A stretch of DNA of 63,298 nt, counting the filler, from Bonamia ostreae (Eukaryota), in assembly GCA_040357525.1 (NCBI GenBank). It is 25 parts of 25 records of this genome, joined end to end, with 100 filler letters (N's around TTAATTAATTAA, not from the genome) between each part and the next. Parts side by side here need not be neighbours in the genome. Positions count along the whole stretch, not along the records: positions 1 to 2,457 come from JBDODL010000834.1; positions 2,558 to 5,014 come from JBDODL010000835.1; positions 5,115 to 7,566 come from JBDODL010000836.1; positions 7,667 to 10,117 come from JBDODL010000837.1; positions 10,218 to 12,668 come from JBDODL010000838.1; positions 12,769 to 15,217 come from JBDODL010000839.1; 19 more parts are not named here. The stretch is one strand, 5' to 3'. Below the pieces are notes generated by a model that saw only the letters and a program-made list of their open reading frames with translations, was not told the origin of the DNA and made no database searches. Below, one piece after another: positions 1-13,318 of the stretch (the first letter of the stretch is position 1; every line of letters begins with the position of its first letter). Position numbers and translations under genes: made by a program.

Positions 1-956
1 TTGGTTATATTATTTGTTATTTTATTAATGTGCTTTTATTTTTTTCATTATTTTGTTCTTCTATTTTTATTTTATTTTTTAGTGTACATTTTATTTTGTT
101 ATATTTTATATTGATTTTTGTCAATTAATATATAATTATTTTTTTATTAAATAACATTAATTTCAGAAGTTTATTCTATATTTTATTTATTTTTTGTTAA
201 AAATTGGTTTAAATAAAGAGAACAATTATTTTTTAATAAAGAGAACAGTTGTTCTTTTTGTAAAGATAAAGAGACAATTGAGCATTTTTTATTTAAATTC
301 AATAAATTTAAAAGAATAAATATTTTTTAAAAGGATATTATTAAAAATAATGAATTACAATTTGAAATGTTAATTAATATAAAAAATCGTCTCTTCTTTA
401 TTGTTGGTTTAAAAAATCATTTCTTCATTTAATATACGGCAACTTTGATTTGGAGAAGAATGATTTGCTTCTGGTACTTATTGTTGGTTTTCCACATCTC
501 TTTTTCTTGCATTTCCATATAAACCCATCAATAGTTATAACTGTTCCAACTATTAAAGTCAAAAAGGAAAAGGAAACAAAGCGATAATAGATTTAACTTT
601 TTATAAAACTAGATCACAGTTGCAAATGAAGAAGAAAACACAACAACAATAAAAATTAGGTTTATCATACAAAAAACAAACATATTAAAACTAACGATAA
701 AAAGATAACCGATTGCAACAACAAAAGCTCCAATGCCTAATTTTGAAGCTTTAAAGACAGAGATACTGCAAATATGGACGGTTAAAGTAGAACAGATGTT
801 ACACCCCGTCCACACCAACATGAACAAAATAAAAATCATGTTTAAAAAATGACATTTTTCTTAACATTATTATTATCAAAAAAGTCATAAAATTTGGTAA
901 AAAAATATAAATACTTTTGGAAAGAGTGTATGTATCAACAAAAAGACTACCCAAGT

Positions 957-2457
957 TTAATGAATCATTATTTCTGGGTCTTGAACAAAAGCCTCTTTGT
1001 CATTTAAAGTATCAACGTTAACGACGTCCAAATTGTTTTCAGCGGAGATTCCTGCTGAGGGATTTCCAAGTACCCCTATCATCAAAGAAACAACATAAAT
1101 AGAAATAATTGTAGCAATGTAGGGTATTTGGAAATCACCTTTAAATACGGCAACACATTCTGGCTCATAATCCCATTTTTGATTGGTTTGACAAGTTAGC
1201 ATATTGTGTTGAGTGTAATAGTCATCGTTGCAAACTAGATGGCAAGTATTTCCAACTTCAACATTTTCGCAATTAGATGCTTTTGGATCCATATTTTCAA
1301 TATCCAAACTACAAAAAATATTTGTCTCTGAATCACAAGAAAAAGAATGTTCCCATTTGTTGTCTCCTAAACACTTGGCAGAATGCAAAGTGTGATTTTG
1401 ATCAAATATGCAATAATAAGAACATGTATCACCAATATCTTTGTTAAGACATGGATGAGATAAATTTGAATTTGGGATATTTGGATCATTCAAACACTTT
1501 GAGCATACAGATGCATTTTCGAATTTGTTGTCACCTTTGCAGACTGCTTCATGTTCTTCAATTCCATTTATGCATTTGTAAGAACATGGTTCATCAATAT
1601 TTAAAATGGCGTTATTGCATACGGAATCAGTTAAAATATTATCTCCATCGGGTTTATTGGTGCAAATTTCACAAAGATTATCTTTTTCGAATTTGTTGTC
1701 ACCTTTGCAGATTGCTTCATGTTCGTCAATTCCATTTATGCATTTGTAAGAACATGGTTCATCAATATTTAAAATGGCGTNNNNNNNNNNNNNNNNNNNN
1801 NNNNNNNNNNNNNNNNNNNNNNNNNNNNNNNNNNNNNNNNNNNNNNNNNNNNNNNNNNNNNNNNNNNNNNNNNNNNNNNNTATTGCATACGGAATCAGTT
1901 AAAATATTATCTCCATCGGGTTTATTGGTGCAAATACAATTTTCTTTTTGTACCCATTTTAAATCTTCTCCACATTTTGCATTATAAATTGATGTATGTT
2001 TATTGCAAGTATATTGACAAGTTTCCCCAATAATTTTTTCATTGCATTCTTCTTCTAAGGTTCCACCTTCTATTACTGTCAAATTTGCACAAACTATGTA
2101 TTGTTTTAATATAACCTTTTTCACATTTTCCTTCGAATTTAATTGAGTTTTCATTTTCACAATAAGGTTTTTTGCCTTTTAATTTTGTACCATCAGGGCA
2201 AACTATATCAATTGAAGGGCATGTTTGAATACCGAATTTATTCTTTTTACAAAATTGCGAGCTTTCGGTATATTCATTATATTCATTAAAAATTATTTGA
2301 CATAAAATATCTAATCTCTCGCAAAATTTATCTGTCAAATTATCCATCACATTATTTAATTCATTAATATTTTTGGCTATTATAATATTTTCATTTTTTT
2401 GAATTAATTGTTTCACGTTAGCATCGTTATAATTGCCAATAGCTTTATTGTTTAAAT
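957..2457 (-). CDS. Multi-sushi/CCP-like Cys-repeat type I membrane protein (5' partial)
   Basis: Repeated C-x-C..GxxCxYxC..C...W...C modules and a C-terminal TM (YIATIISIYVVSLMIGVLG). A 22-nt intron (gttatattaaaacaatacatag, near 2094-2115) joins ORFs 2416 and 2160. An internal scaffold gap lies at 1781-1880. Confidence 0.7.
1517..1935. repeat. About 168-bp tandem duplication of one Cys module, spanning an N gap
   Basis: tttcgaatttgttgtcacctttgcag...aaaatggcgt occurs at about 1517 and about 1685. tattgcatacggaatcag...gtgcaaat occurs at about 1612 and 1881. Confidence 0.85.
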
Positions 2458-2557
2458 NNNNNNNNNNNNNNNNNNNNNNNNNNNNNNNNNNNNNNNNNNN
2501 NTTAATTAATTAANNNNNNNNNNNNNNNNNNNNNNNNNNNNNNNNNNNNNNNNNNNN
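2458..2557. other. Artificial contig spacer (N..TTAATTAATTAA..N); first of 24 copies
   Basis: The same 100-nt N-padded TTAATTAATTAA (stop codons in all frames) recurs at about 2458, 5015, 7567, 10118 ... 60787. Spacing shrinks steadily from 2557 to 2512, as expected for length-sorted contigs, and genes are cut at the spacers. Confidence 0.98.
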
Positions 2558-3100
2558 CACTTCATTTGACATATCTCTCTACTCATCATGGTATCTTTTC
2601 GACGCATTTTTTCGATTTCGTATGTTGATGCCAAGAAAATTTTCTCGTTCAGCTATTTTTTCCGCAAACTATTGTATATGTAAATTGCTATATGCGATAA
2701 AGACATTAGTTGCTTGGTAGACGAAAGGTGTAAAATTAGTTGCTGCTCCCGAAATATAGACGCATTATCAATGCTTCTCCTTTTTAAGCACATTTATTAT
2801 TCCTCTGACTCGGTTCCATTTAATGGGTCTGCCACACAGACCCATTCTAAACCAAAAATCCAGTCAAAGACGCTTACGACACTGGGATTATTTATTAAAT
2901 CAATGTCTCGTTCTTGAAGCGCTATAATTAACAAATATAGACGACTTTAGAACTCCAAAAAAATCATTTTCATCAAATTTTCCAATTTGCCTCTAATCAA
3001 TAAAGGAACTTGTTTTAAAGTAATATAGCCGCCCACTTTGGAAAAAGCGATTTGCGAGTTTCAGAATTTAATTTCCGCTGACTATAAGCCAAACCGCTAA

Positions 3101-4500
<1,400 letters not shown>

Positions 4501-5113
4501 ATGATTTTCGCTTCATTCTTTTCTAATCTGAAGAGCAAAATTTTTTTAAATCCCGCAGCCATTTGCACGCTCATTATAGTTATGAAAACAAAAATGAACC
4601 AGTTAACAGTTCTTGTGAAGAGTTCTTGCAAGTACGTTAACACAACTATAAAACAACTCGTAGCCCTTGTTACTTCATTACATTTTTATTCTACAATTTA
4701 CATATTTATTCTACTTGGAAAATTTTCTTTATATTCAAGGTCATCTTTTTGCTTTTTAGAGACAGAATTTTTAATATGCAGACTAAAAAAATTTCAAGTT
4801 TTCAGATAAAATCTTTCTTTTCAGATTAAAGTTTTCACACATCTGGATAGAGAACTAGGGCCAAACAATTAATGTAAAAATCTGATCATGAGGAAATCAT
4901 AAAACCAACTTTAGAGATTTATTTCAAGATTGAACAAAATAATTTCCATCCTCTTTTGATCTCCTCAGGTGAAGATGATCCATTTTTGGTGAAGAGGAAA
5001 TCTACTCAACACATNNNNNNNNNNNNNNNNNNNNNNNNNNNNNNNNNNNNNNNNNNNNTTAATTAATTAANNNNNNNNNNNNNNNNNNNNNNNNNNNNNN
5101 NNNNNNNNNNNNN

Positions 5114-5645
5114 NTGTTCTTCTGACATTTTCTAAACGTTCCGATAACGGCAATTCGATTTCGTTTAGAGTGGCTGCCCATCTAGTTTCAGCTTCTTCGA
5201 TATTTTCGACTTTTTGGATTTCGCGATATTTTTCTGGGACGACGTACAAATCATCTTTTTCGAAATTGGCCATTTTTGATTTTTTGGTTTTAATTGTCAA
5301 ATCTTCATTTTTTGCTGTTTTGTTTTGTTGTGTTGAATTTGATTTTATTTTGCTCATTTCGGTGTTGATGAAATCCTCCATTAATTGCTCTTTTTGTGAT
5401 TTTTGCTGCGTCGAAAATTGGTCTAAAAATTTATCTTTTCTGGTTGAATTTGTGTTCACGTTTATAAAATCGGAATCGTTTGAGATGAATATTTTTGTTT
5501 TTTTGCGCAAATTTTGCGCTTTTATTACTTTTTGAAGTTTGTCTCGATCTATTTTCATTTTTTCAGTTGAATCTTTCGCGTTTGAAAATTTTGTTCTTTT
5601 ATTTTTTCTAATTTTTCGTTTTTTTAATTTTGACTTTCTATCCAT
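5114..5645 (-). CDS. C9orf78/Tls1 (HCA59)-like splicing factor (3' partial)
   Basis: FSTQ..EQLMEDFINTEM, LYVVPEKY and LNEIELPLSERLENVRRT match the family pattern MxKYIE..LYxxP..IPEVDLG..K.KNI..T from memory. Confidence 0.65.
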
Positions 5646-5767
5646 TTTTATAACGATTTTAGAATATTTTGCTAATTGCAATTATTAGTTTTTTGGCATA
5701 TAATTGGTGATTTTGCGATTTGTTCTAAAATTTAGTAAAAATCAATTTAAAAGTAGAAAATTTTAAA

Positions 5768-6783
5768 TTACATTTTTTCGTTTTTGAAAATTCTGAACAT
5801 TTCCTCAACGTTCACAAACAATTTTTCTGCTTTCTTTAGATCACAATTCTCGCCTTCAACATCATTTCCCTTTTCAATTTTTCTGTCGACCTCATTTAAT
5901 ATTCTCAGAATCCCCTTCTTCAATTTTTGTAATTCCAAAACTTTTCTAATTTAAGTGCAAAAGTTTTTAATGCAAATCTTTCGTTTTCGAAAAAATTGTT
6001 TATTGCAAATTAAAAAATTGAAAATATTTCGTTTTATTGCAAATTTTAATTTTTCATTTTAGACGCAAATTTGCAAAAAAAACTTAGAGATCGTTTTAGA
6101 ATCAGTAAACTCCTTTGATTGAAACCTCTTTTTCATTGTTAAAGTAGTAATCGACGGTTGTATCATTGGAGTATTCTTAACACATTTTGTTTTTTCCGTT
6201 TTTGCTTCTTTTTCATTCATTTGCAGCAAAAATTGAGCGCCTTTGCATTTATCTCTTTCTTTCTTTGGATTGTAACTTTTATCGACAATGTGCACATTCA
6301 GTGAATACAAATGATAGAACCATTGAGTGAATTCCAGCAAAGTGGTGATCTTTGTGCTAAGCAATTTTTCAATCGGTACTCTTTTTTCTATCCCGACTTG
6401 ATTGAAAGCTGTCTGTAACAATGTCCTTTATAATTTTTGCTTTTAAAATGTTTTGATTTTCTTGATCCCAAATTTAACTAATTTTTCGTAAAAAAATTTA
6501 AATTTTGTAATTTTTAAGGAACCAATTTCTTTTGATTTTGGAATCATGTGTAGCCGAAAAATCAACAAATTCAAGAGGAATAATATTCTTTTTCAAGACA
6601 TCGAAAATTTGACAGTACGCAGCTCCATTCTTACAATCTTCCAATTTTTTGTACTGAAGACACAAAGTGTCTTTTCGTTAAATTTAAAAACTGTTTATCC
6701 AAAGAAGTAATGTTTTCTTTGAAACAAATCTACCTCTGTCACAATCTTCATCTATTGTTTAATTTTTATAAACAATTTTTCAT
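5768..6783 (-). CDS. EB1: EB1/MAPRE microtubule end-binding protein
   Basis: Spliced translation MKNYEDCDRGRFVSKKTLLLWINNTLCLQYKKLEDCKNGAAYCQIFDVL...LLQTAFNQVGIEKRVPIEKL..LEFTQWF is an EB1 CH domain. Introns of 22 and 21 nt plus longer ones. Confidence 0.85.
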
Positions 6784-7068
6784 TCTTGTTATAATCTTAT
6801 TTTGGATTTTGTTGATTAAATACAAAAGTTACTTTTAACGAGATCTATTCGTCGTTTCTTAATCAATTATTTTTAGAAGTTTCAATTTTAAAATGTTGAA
6901 TTTATTGAAACAACAGTTTGTAAATTTGGGATATTTAAATTTTTTCAAATTTCGTTAAATTATTTGTTCAAGAATTTTTAATCCAATTTGTTCCTAAAAC
7001 AACGATATTTAAAAAAGAGAGAATGGAGCATCTCTATCATTGTAACAATAACAAAAAAAAAAGTTAAT

Positions 7069-7566
7069 TTATTCTTCGCCAATATTGAAATCGACGTCCA
7101 GATCTGAAACAATCCACGACATAAAATTATGAAAAGGATCTTTGTGTTTTGCCCTTATCTCATTCACATTTTTATCATTTTTGTCATTTTTGTCATTTTC
7201 GTCAATTTTGTCATTTTTATCATTTTTGTCAATTTTGTCATTTTTATCATTTTTGTCAATTTTGTCATTTTTATCAATTTTGTCAATTTTATCATTTTTA
7301 TCATTTTTGTCAATTTTGTCATTCAACAAAACGTCATTATTCAAAACAGCGCCTTCCCAAAAATTAAGATTGATGGCATCGATAATGTTTTGGTCACACC
7401 AAGTTTTGTTGCGAATGTTCACAGCAACATCTCTATCCTTTTCATTGTTAAGACCTTTTTTTAATTCAAATGATCTTAAATTTCGCAAAGAATCGATTTT
7501 TTCTTCCATTTTTTCAAATTCTTTTCGTTGATTTTCCGAACCGAATCTTTGTACTAACGAACGAGT
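7069..7566 (-). CDS. Unknown protein (5' partial) with DKI/DKN low-complexity repeat
   Basis: Frame is open from the contig edge; a 9-nt repeat encodes (DKIDKNDKN)n. Confidence 0.45.
   Translation of the reverse strand, partial: TRSLVQRFGSENQRKEFEKMEEKIDSLRNLRSFELKKGLNNEKDRDVAVNIRNKTWCDQNIIDAINLNFWEGAVLNNDVLLNDKIDKNDKNDKIDKIDKNDKIDKNDKNDKIDKNDKNDKIDENDKNDKNDKNVNEIRAKHKDPFHNFMSWIVSDLDVDFNIGEE
7166..7323. repeat. 9-bp coding microsatellite (ATTTTT[G/A]TC / AATTTTGTC)
   Basis: About 17 tandem 9-mers directly visible. Confidence 0.9.
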
Positions 7567-7789
7567 NNNNNNNNNNNNNNNNNNNNNNNNNNNNNNNNNN
7601 NNNNNNNNNNTTAATTAATTAANNNNNNNNNNNNNNNNNNNNNNNNNNNNNNNNNNNNNNNNNNNNATATTGTTTATACAAACTAAATGAATGAAGAAAA
7701 TGTTATTTATAAAAATGGACGGAACAATATAAACCCGAATAATTTTATGGCTAAATATATAAAATTATCCAATTTGCAAAACTTTTACA

Positions 7790-8793
7790 ATGCTCATCTT
7801 TTTGTGTGCTCTCCCATTCATTTTATACGCTCTCCAAAATTTAAAAATTTGGAATTTTAACCGAAATTTAAAAAATCGGAATTTGGCTAAAAACAAATTT
7901 ATTGTGATTTCCGGTTGTGATTCTGGATTTGGATACATTCTAGCCAGAAAATTAGATTCTTTTGGAGCCAAAGTATTGGCTATTTGCCTCAAAGAAAAAG
8001 GCGCTCATAAACTTTCTGAGCAATCGTCAACGCGCCTTGAAACTGTTGTTTTAGACATTACAGATTTTAAATCTGTCTCAGAAGCCATGAAAAAATACAA
8101 AAGCTGTCAAATTTATGCTTTGATTAACAACGCTGGTATTCTCGACGGAAGCTATATCGAATTTACTCAGTTTCAAATGTACGAAAAAATCATGAAAACA
8201 AACTATTTGGGCGCTGTAAATTTAACGAAGGAACTGATTCCGCTAATTGAAAAAAATGGCCGTGTCGTGAACATTTGTTCGTCTCTTTCTTTCGAATCGA
8301 TGCCAAACTTCTCCGCTTATAGTGCATCAAAATTTGCTCTTCGAAGCTTCACTGATACATTGCGACGAGAAATGGCATTTAGAGACATTAAAGTTAGCGC
8401 TATTTTTCCAGGTCTCCACAATACAAATCTTTTGGACAATTTTTTGGGAAAAACAGTACCGAAAGCTTGCAAAGACGGTGTTCAAAATGGCTATGGATCC
8501 TCATTTAAAGCCGATTATGAATCTGTTGTGAATTTGTATATGAAGTTTGTCAAGGTTATATAATTGCGCAAATTCGCGTTTCTGCGTTTTTTATACAAAT
8601 TTGTAACTAAACGTTGTTGGCAAAGAGCGGCAATCCAGAAAATGTAGTTGACGCATTATGTGACGCCATATTGTCAGGATGGTCACTACCGATGTATGTT
8701 GTCGGAATAGATTCACTGTTAACTTGGATTGCTTCATTTCTGCCATTTTTTGTTGTTGATTTTTTTATCAACTTGATGTTTCCGAGGAAATAA
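7790..8793 (+). CDS. Short-chain dehydrogenase/reductase (RDH/17beta-HSD/BDH1-like), membrane anchored
   Basis: ISGCDSGFG, LINNAG and YSASK (YxxxK) motifs. An intron at about 8555-8625 (GTTA..AAG) adds the exon SGNPENVVDALCDAI...FPRK*. Confidence 0.9.
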
Positions 8794-9195
8794 AAATTTA
8801 TAAATTTTTTTCTTTATAAAATATTTCAGTTAAGATGTCTTATTATTTTATCTCATTGGTTCAGATTTTACTGCTCATTGTTCAAAAAGTTGACACGGTT
8901 GTAATCTACGTATGTCAAAAATATAGTTCGACAGAATAATGGCAAATTGAAATTTTGAGTTGTTGAAGATAGAGATCTTTAACAACTATGTAATGATGGT
9001 TCGAGAGGATACAGAAAAAAAACCATAAAAAGATTGGTTATGAACATCATTTAAATTATAACATAGCTAAAAATTGTGTGGATGATGTGATCTTCTTTTA
9101 CCAAGACTAAACATTAATTGCAACAAACAAGTTTAAAATTTTTTGCAATTTGGAAAAATTGGAAAAGAAAAACATTTTAAAGACATTAAATAACA

Positions 9196-10117
9196 TTAGT
9201 TCTTTTTCTTGGCCGACTCTCGCTGCGGCTGCATCGCGATCCCGATGCGGTCATTAGCCTTCACGAAAGTCTCGATCGGCTCCAGCGAGTTTTTGAGCAG
9301 ATCCGAGTCGAAGCCGATGCGCTGTTTCGCGAACAGCAAAACGACCGTCGACCCGCCGAACTTGAAGCAGCCGTGTCTTTGGCCGCGTGCAATCTCCTGC
9401 AGCGGCTTCGCCTCGACCTGAACTGAATTCACCAACGGTCCTCCGACGGCCACAAAGCCTACTTTCCCGAAGTCATTGCTCACGATCTCAGTCACGACGC
9501 GCTTGTTGCGGTGCAACGCGTCGTGGTTGCGCGCGACCGGGTGGACCGCGTTCATCTCCCCTTCGATGCTGAATATGCGCCCTTGCACTCCTTTGACAGG
9601 CGCGTTCCAGGAGTGCGTGTCGCAAGGCGCCAGCCGGCAGACAGCGACGCTGCCGTCGCTGAAGTCGGCGGCCATGTCCACGTTGCAGAGCAGGTTCTGC
9701 AAATTGATCCCGGTCCCTTTGACGAGGATCTTGTCGCAGTCTCTTATTGATTTGTACATGGTCATCCGGCAGTCGGCCGGAGCAACGGCGACTGTCTCTT
9801 TGCCTTCGCTGTGCAGTGGCCTTTGGAGAATTAAATGTGGGGTTGAGAATGGGCCATTAGTAATAAAGATTTGGCTTAGGACGTTAAAACTAGCAAATTG
9901 AGTAACCTTGTTTCCGCGCTAAGACTGCGACTGAAGAAGTCGTTAAAGTTTTTGAAGCTCGAAATTGGTTTTGAAAGAGAGTCCAAACCGATTTTGTGCA
10001 TTGCCATGAACGGGATGATTTCGAAGCGAGATTGTTTCGAATCGAAGTGCCAACCTTGTCTGTGAGTCAACCGCGGCATCAGATCACTGCTTAGTTTCTG
10101 CAATTTTGGGTCGTTAA
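9196..10117 (-). CDS. PSD: Phosphatidylserine decarboxylase proenzyme, PSD2-type (5' partial)
   Basis: FNDFFSR, APADCR, RLAPCDTH, NKRVV, FVAVG and the self-cleavage motif FKFGGSTVVLLF. One intron at about 9821-9906. Confidence 0.9.
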
Positions 10118-10217
10118 NNNNNNNNNNNNNNNNNNNNNNNNNNNNNNNNNNNNNNNNNNNNTTAATTAATTAANNNNNNNNNNNNNNNNNNNNNNNNNNN
10201 NNNNNNNNNNNNNNNNN

Positions 10218-12602
10218 GACATGAAGATACAGTGCTTTTTTATATAACGACTAAATTTTGTTCACAGCCGACTTTTTTAACGCCAATTTTAATTTTTCGA
10301 TAATTAATGTTTAAAGAATTTTGAAGGAGATTTTACGCTTCAAAAAAGCTCAAAATCGCTTTCTTCAAAAGACAAAAGAGTTTGAAGGCGAATCTTCATT
10401 CGGTTCATAATTCAAGATTATAAATTAAATTTAGCCCCCGACCAAAAACCACCGCCCGTTTTGCAACCCGATTTAGCGGTTGCCGCTGTTAAAAATTTGG
10501 CTACTGAACAAGCGCCGGTCCGCCCTCTAATCCAAACTCCGTGGGCCTTCCCAAAAGCCTACGTGTTTAAAATCAACGAGGATTCTTCGTTGAAACCCAA
10601 ATTGGAGCCCTTTACAAAGTTAAAAGCTTTCCTTTGTAATATATTGAATTATGTTAATATATTTAAAAATGCACTTCTCATGACATAATATAATGCTGTA
10701 AAACGGCTATTAACGTTACGCTGAAACATTTAACAAACCTCCAATTTTTAAAATCATAAAGCTTTATTTTATTTTAAAATCCGATTTTAATGCTACAGAA
10801 TTGTGGTCGATCTAATGAACCACATCTATGCGCCAGCCTTTAATGCTCCAGTCGATTGGGTGCGGCTTAAGCTCCCCGATTACCCCTTAAAAATTAAAGA
10901 GCCAATGGATCTCGGCACAATAAAATTTAAGCTTGAAAACGATAAATATTCTCTTCCCGAAGAAGTAATCCGTTTTTAGGCCAAATTTCGAAATTTAGTC
11001 GATTGCTAAATTTCAAATATTTTTTCGACAAAAGGCGATATAAGACTAGTCTGGAAAAACGCCCAGACTTACAATCCGCCAGCCAACCAATTCAACCGGA
11101 TGTCAAAAGTTCTCTCCGAAATGTTCGAATCTTGGCTAAGCGACAATGAATTATTAAACAAAGACGAAACGGTTATCGTCAACGATTTAAGCTTTAACAG
11201 TTATTAACAATAAATAATAAAGACAATTTTCCGAAGAAAAACGAATATGACTTGGACGAAACAGAGTTTGGATAAATTTTAATAAAAATTAGTTATGACA
11301 AAGTTTCAGGCCAAGTCATCGAATTGTCGGTTTATGAAAGAACGGAGCTCAAAAATTGCATTTCGAGTTTGACGAACCCGATAGATTTGGAAACTGTTAT
11401 CAAAATTGTTAAAACAGATCCGAAGTACAAAGTTTTCAATTCGAGAAAAATTATTAGTCAAAAGATTTGAGCAAAAAACTTGAATTCGATGTGTCCAGTT
11501 TATCGAAAAATGTTATGAGAAAGTTGTTTAAGTTTATCAACTCTATACCCAATTTAAAGAAGATTGCTAAAAAAGATGTCATTATTTTTTACAAACGATC
11601 ATTTTTTTTTAATTTCGATTTTTAAATTTTGTTTTTTCTAATTATTATTTTTTCAAACGACCTATTTTAATAGAAATCTTATAATTTTCATTTTTCTATT
11701 TTAATTTTCAATTTTTTTAAATTATTTTTTCAAACGACCAATTTTAATAGAAATTTTATTTTTTTACATTTCGATTTTTAAATTTGTTATTTATGTTTTT
11801 ATCGATTTGTTAAATTTTTTTAATTTTGATATCGAAAAAATAGTCGAAGAAAATCGATCCGAAATATCAATTAAAACAAATAAACACAAAATTGTCGAAT
11901 GAATTCGGAAACAACAGAGAAGAATTGATAAATTCAGTTTTGAACAACAAAATCGGTAATTTCCCCCTAAAATTTAGAAATCAAATCAGAACAAATTAAA
12001 GATAACACAAAAGATCAATATTATTCAAAATTATTAGAGGATTCTTCTAGTTCAGTTTTTTGCTAAATTTCGACATAATTTTTAACATATTTTTTATTTT
12101 GACTAAATTTTAACATATTTTTGTTTGGTGTAAATTTTAATATAACGAAAAGACCGAAGACGAAGATGACAGCTCGGACGAAAACCAAAATTTAAAAAAC
12201 GAAAACGAATTTAATTCCCAAAAAACAAAAGTGATGTGGAATTGGAATCCGAACGCCGTCAAAAAAGCTAAAATTTCGCCAACTGAAAAACAAAAGTCCT
12301 TCGAAAACGGGGATAAATATAAAATATTGCAAAATGGCCGTTACAACAATTTCAAACCGCCTACACAAAATTTTAATAGTTTAAACTGTTTTAAAATTTT
12401 AAAAAATATTTAGCCAAAAAGCTTAATTTTTTCTATTATACTCGTTTTAATTTTTTTTTTATTTTTAGCAAAAATCTAAATTTGTAAAAAAAAAGTGCCG
12501 GACCAAAAGGAAGTGGCTCGATTGGAAAGAGAAAGACAGCAATCAGTTAATTTTAATATGCAACAAAGAGGATTCCTTTCGTTGCAGAAGCGTTTCCAGT
12601 GA
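10218..12602 (+). CDS. BET/GTE-family bromodomain plus ET-domain protein (multi-exon, largely missed by the ORF track)
   Basis: Spliced bromodomain AFNAPVDWVRLKLPDYPLKIKEPMDLGTIKFKLENDKY..DIRLVWKNAQTYNPP (about 10800-11140). ET-like LSVYERTELKNCISSL..LETVIKIV..LEFDVSSLSKNVMRKLFKFI. C-terminal EVARLERERQQSVNFNMQ. Confidence 0.85.
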
Positions 12603-13191
12603 ACTTGATTTTACTTTTTTTACTTTTATTTAAATTTATTTTGATGGAAAAAATCTAAAATCGACAAANNNNNNNNNNNNNNNNNNNNNNNNNNNNNNNN
12701 NNNNNNNNNNNNTTAATTAATTAANNNNNNNNNNNNNNNNNNNNNNNNNNNNNNNNNNNNNNNNNNNNATTCTCAATTATTGGAACTTTAATTTTAATAA
12801 ATAATTTTTGTATAATTTTATTTTTTGGTATTTCACTTCCAATACTTAAATTTTATGTTTTTTTGAAAGAGGAAAAGGAACAAATTAAAATATTTGAAAC
12901 AATTTTCATAAATTACAAATCTCTAATTCCAAGATACATTCCAAAAAACTTATGACGTAAATATATTTGATATAAATTTGCAATTAAACAAAAAAATTAA
13001 AATATGTAATGTATCTAAATAATCTTCTTTTATAATTTTCTTTTAACAGCCGTTCTACTTTATTAAACAAACATGCAATAATTAATACATATTAATGACA
13101 CAAATAAAAATTATTATATACATACACCTTTAATCGAAAATTATGTGCATTTGTTTTATTTGATACGCAGACTGAAACAGTATGGAGAAGG

Positions 13192-13318
13192 GTTGACTAG
13201 ACCCAACTGGGTCTGTCAATTTTGCTGTTAATGAGTTTATTGTAGTCGAATGCCTAATTCCCTTTAATAGTTAGTTTACACCAGAATCGATTACAATAAA
13301 GGGAATTAGGCAATCGAC
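13192..13318. repeat. Two adjacent inverted repeats (hairpins)
   Basis: ttgac-t-agaccca..tgggtct-gtcaa (about 13193-13219). gtcgaatgcctaattcccttta (13245) pairs with taaagggaattaggcaatcgac (ending 13318) at 21 of 22 bp. Confidence 0.85.

Noticed and set aside
609-839. Small hydrophobic ORF
   Set aside because: Possibly an exon of a membrane protein, but no coherent spliced model or family could be supported.
2558-2940. Minus-strand WVCVAETH resembling an APE endonuclease motif of a LINE relic
   Set aside because: Single short motif amid stops; insufficient evidence.
7129-7531. Plus-strand repetitive ORFs (FCH/FVIF/SFL repeats)
   Set aside because: Alternative frames of the 9-bp microsatellite.
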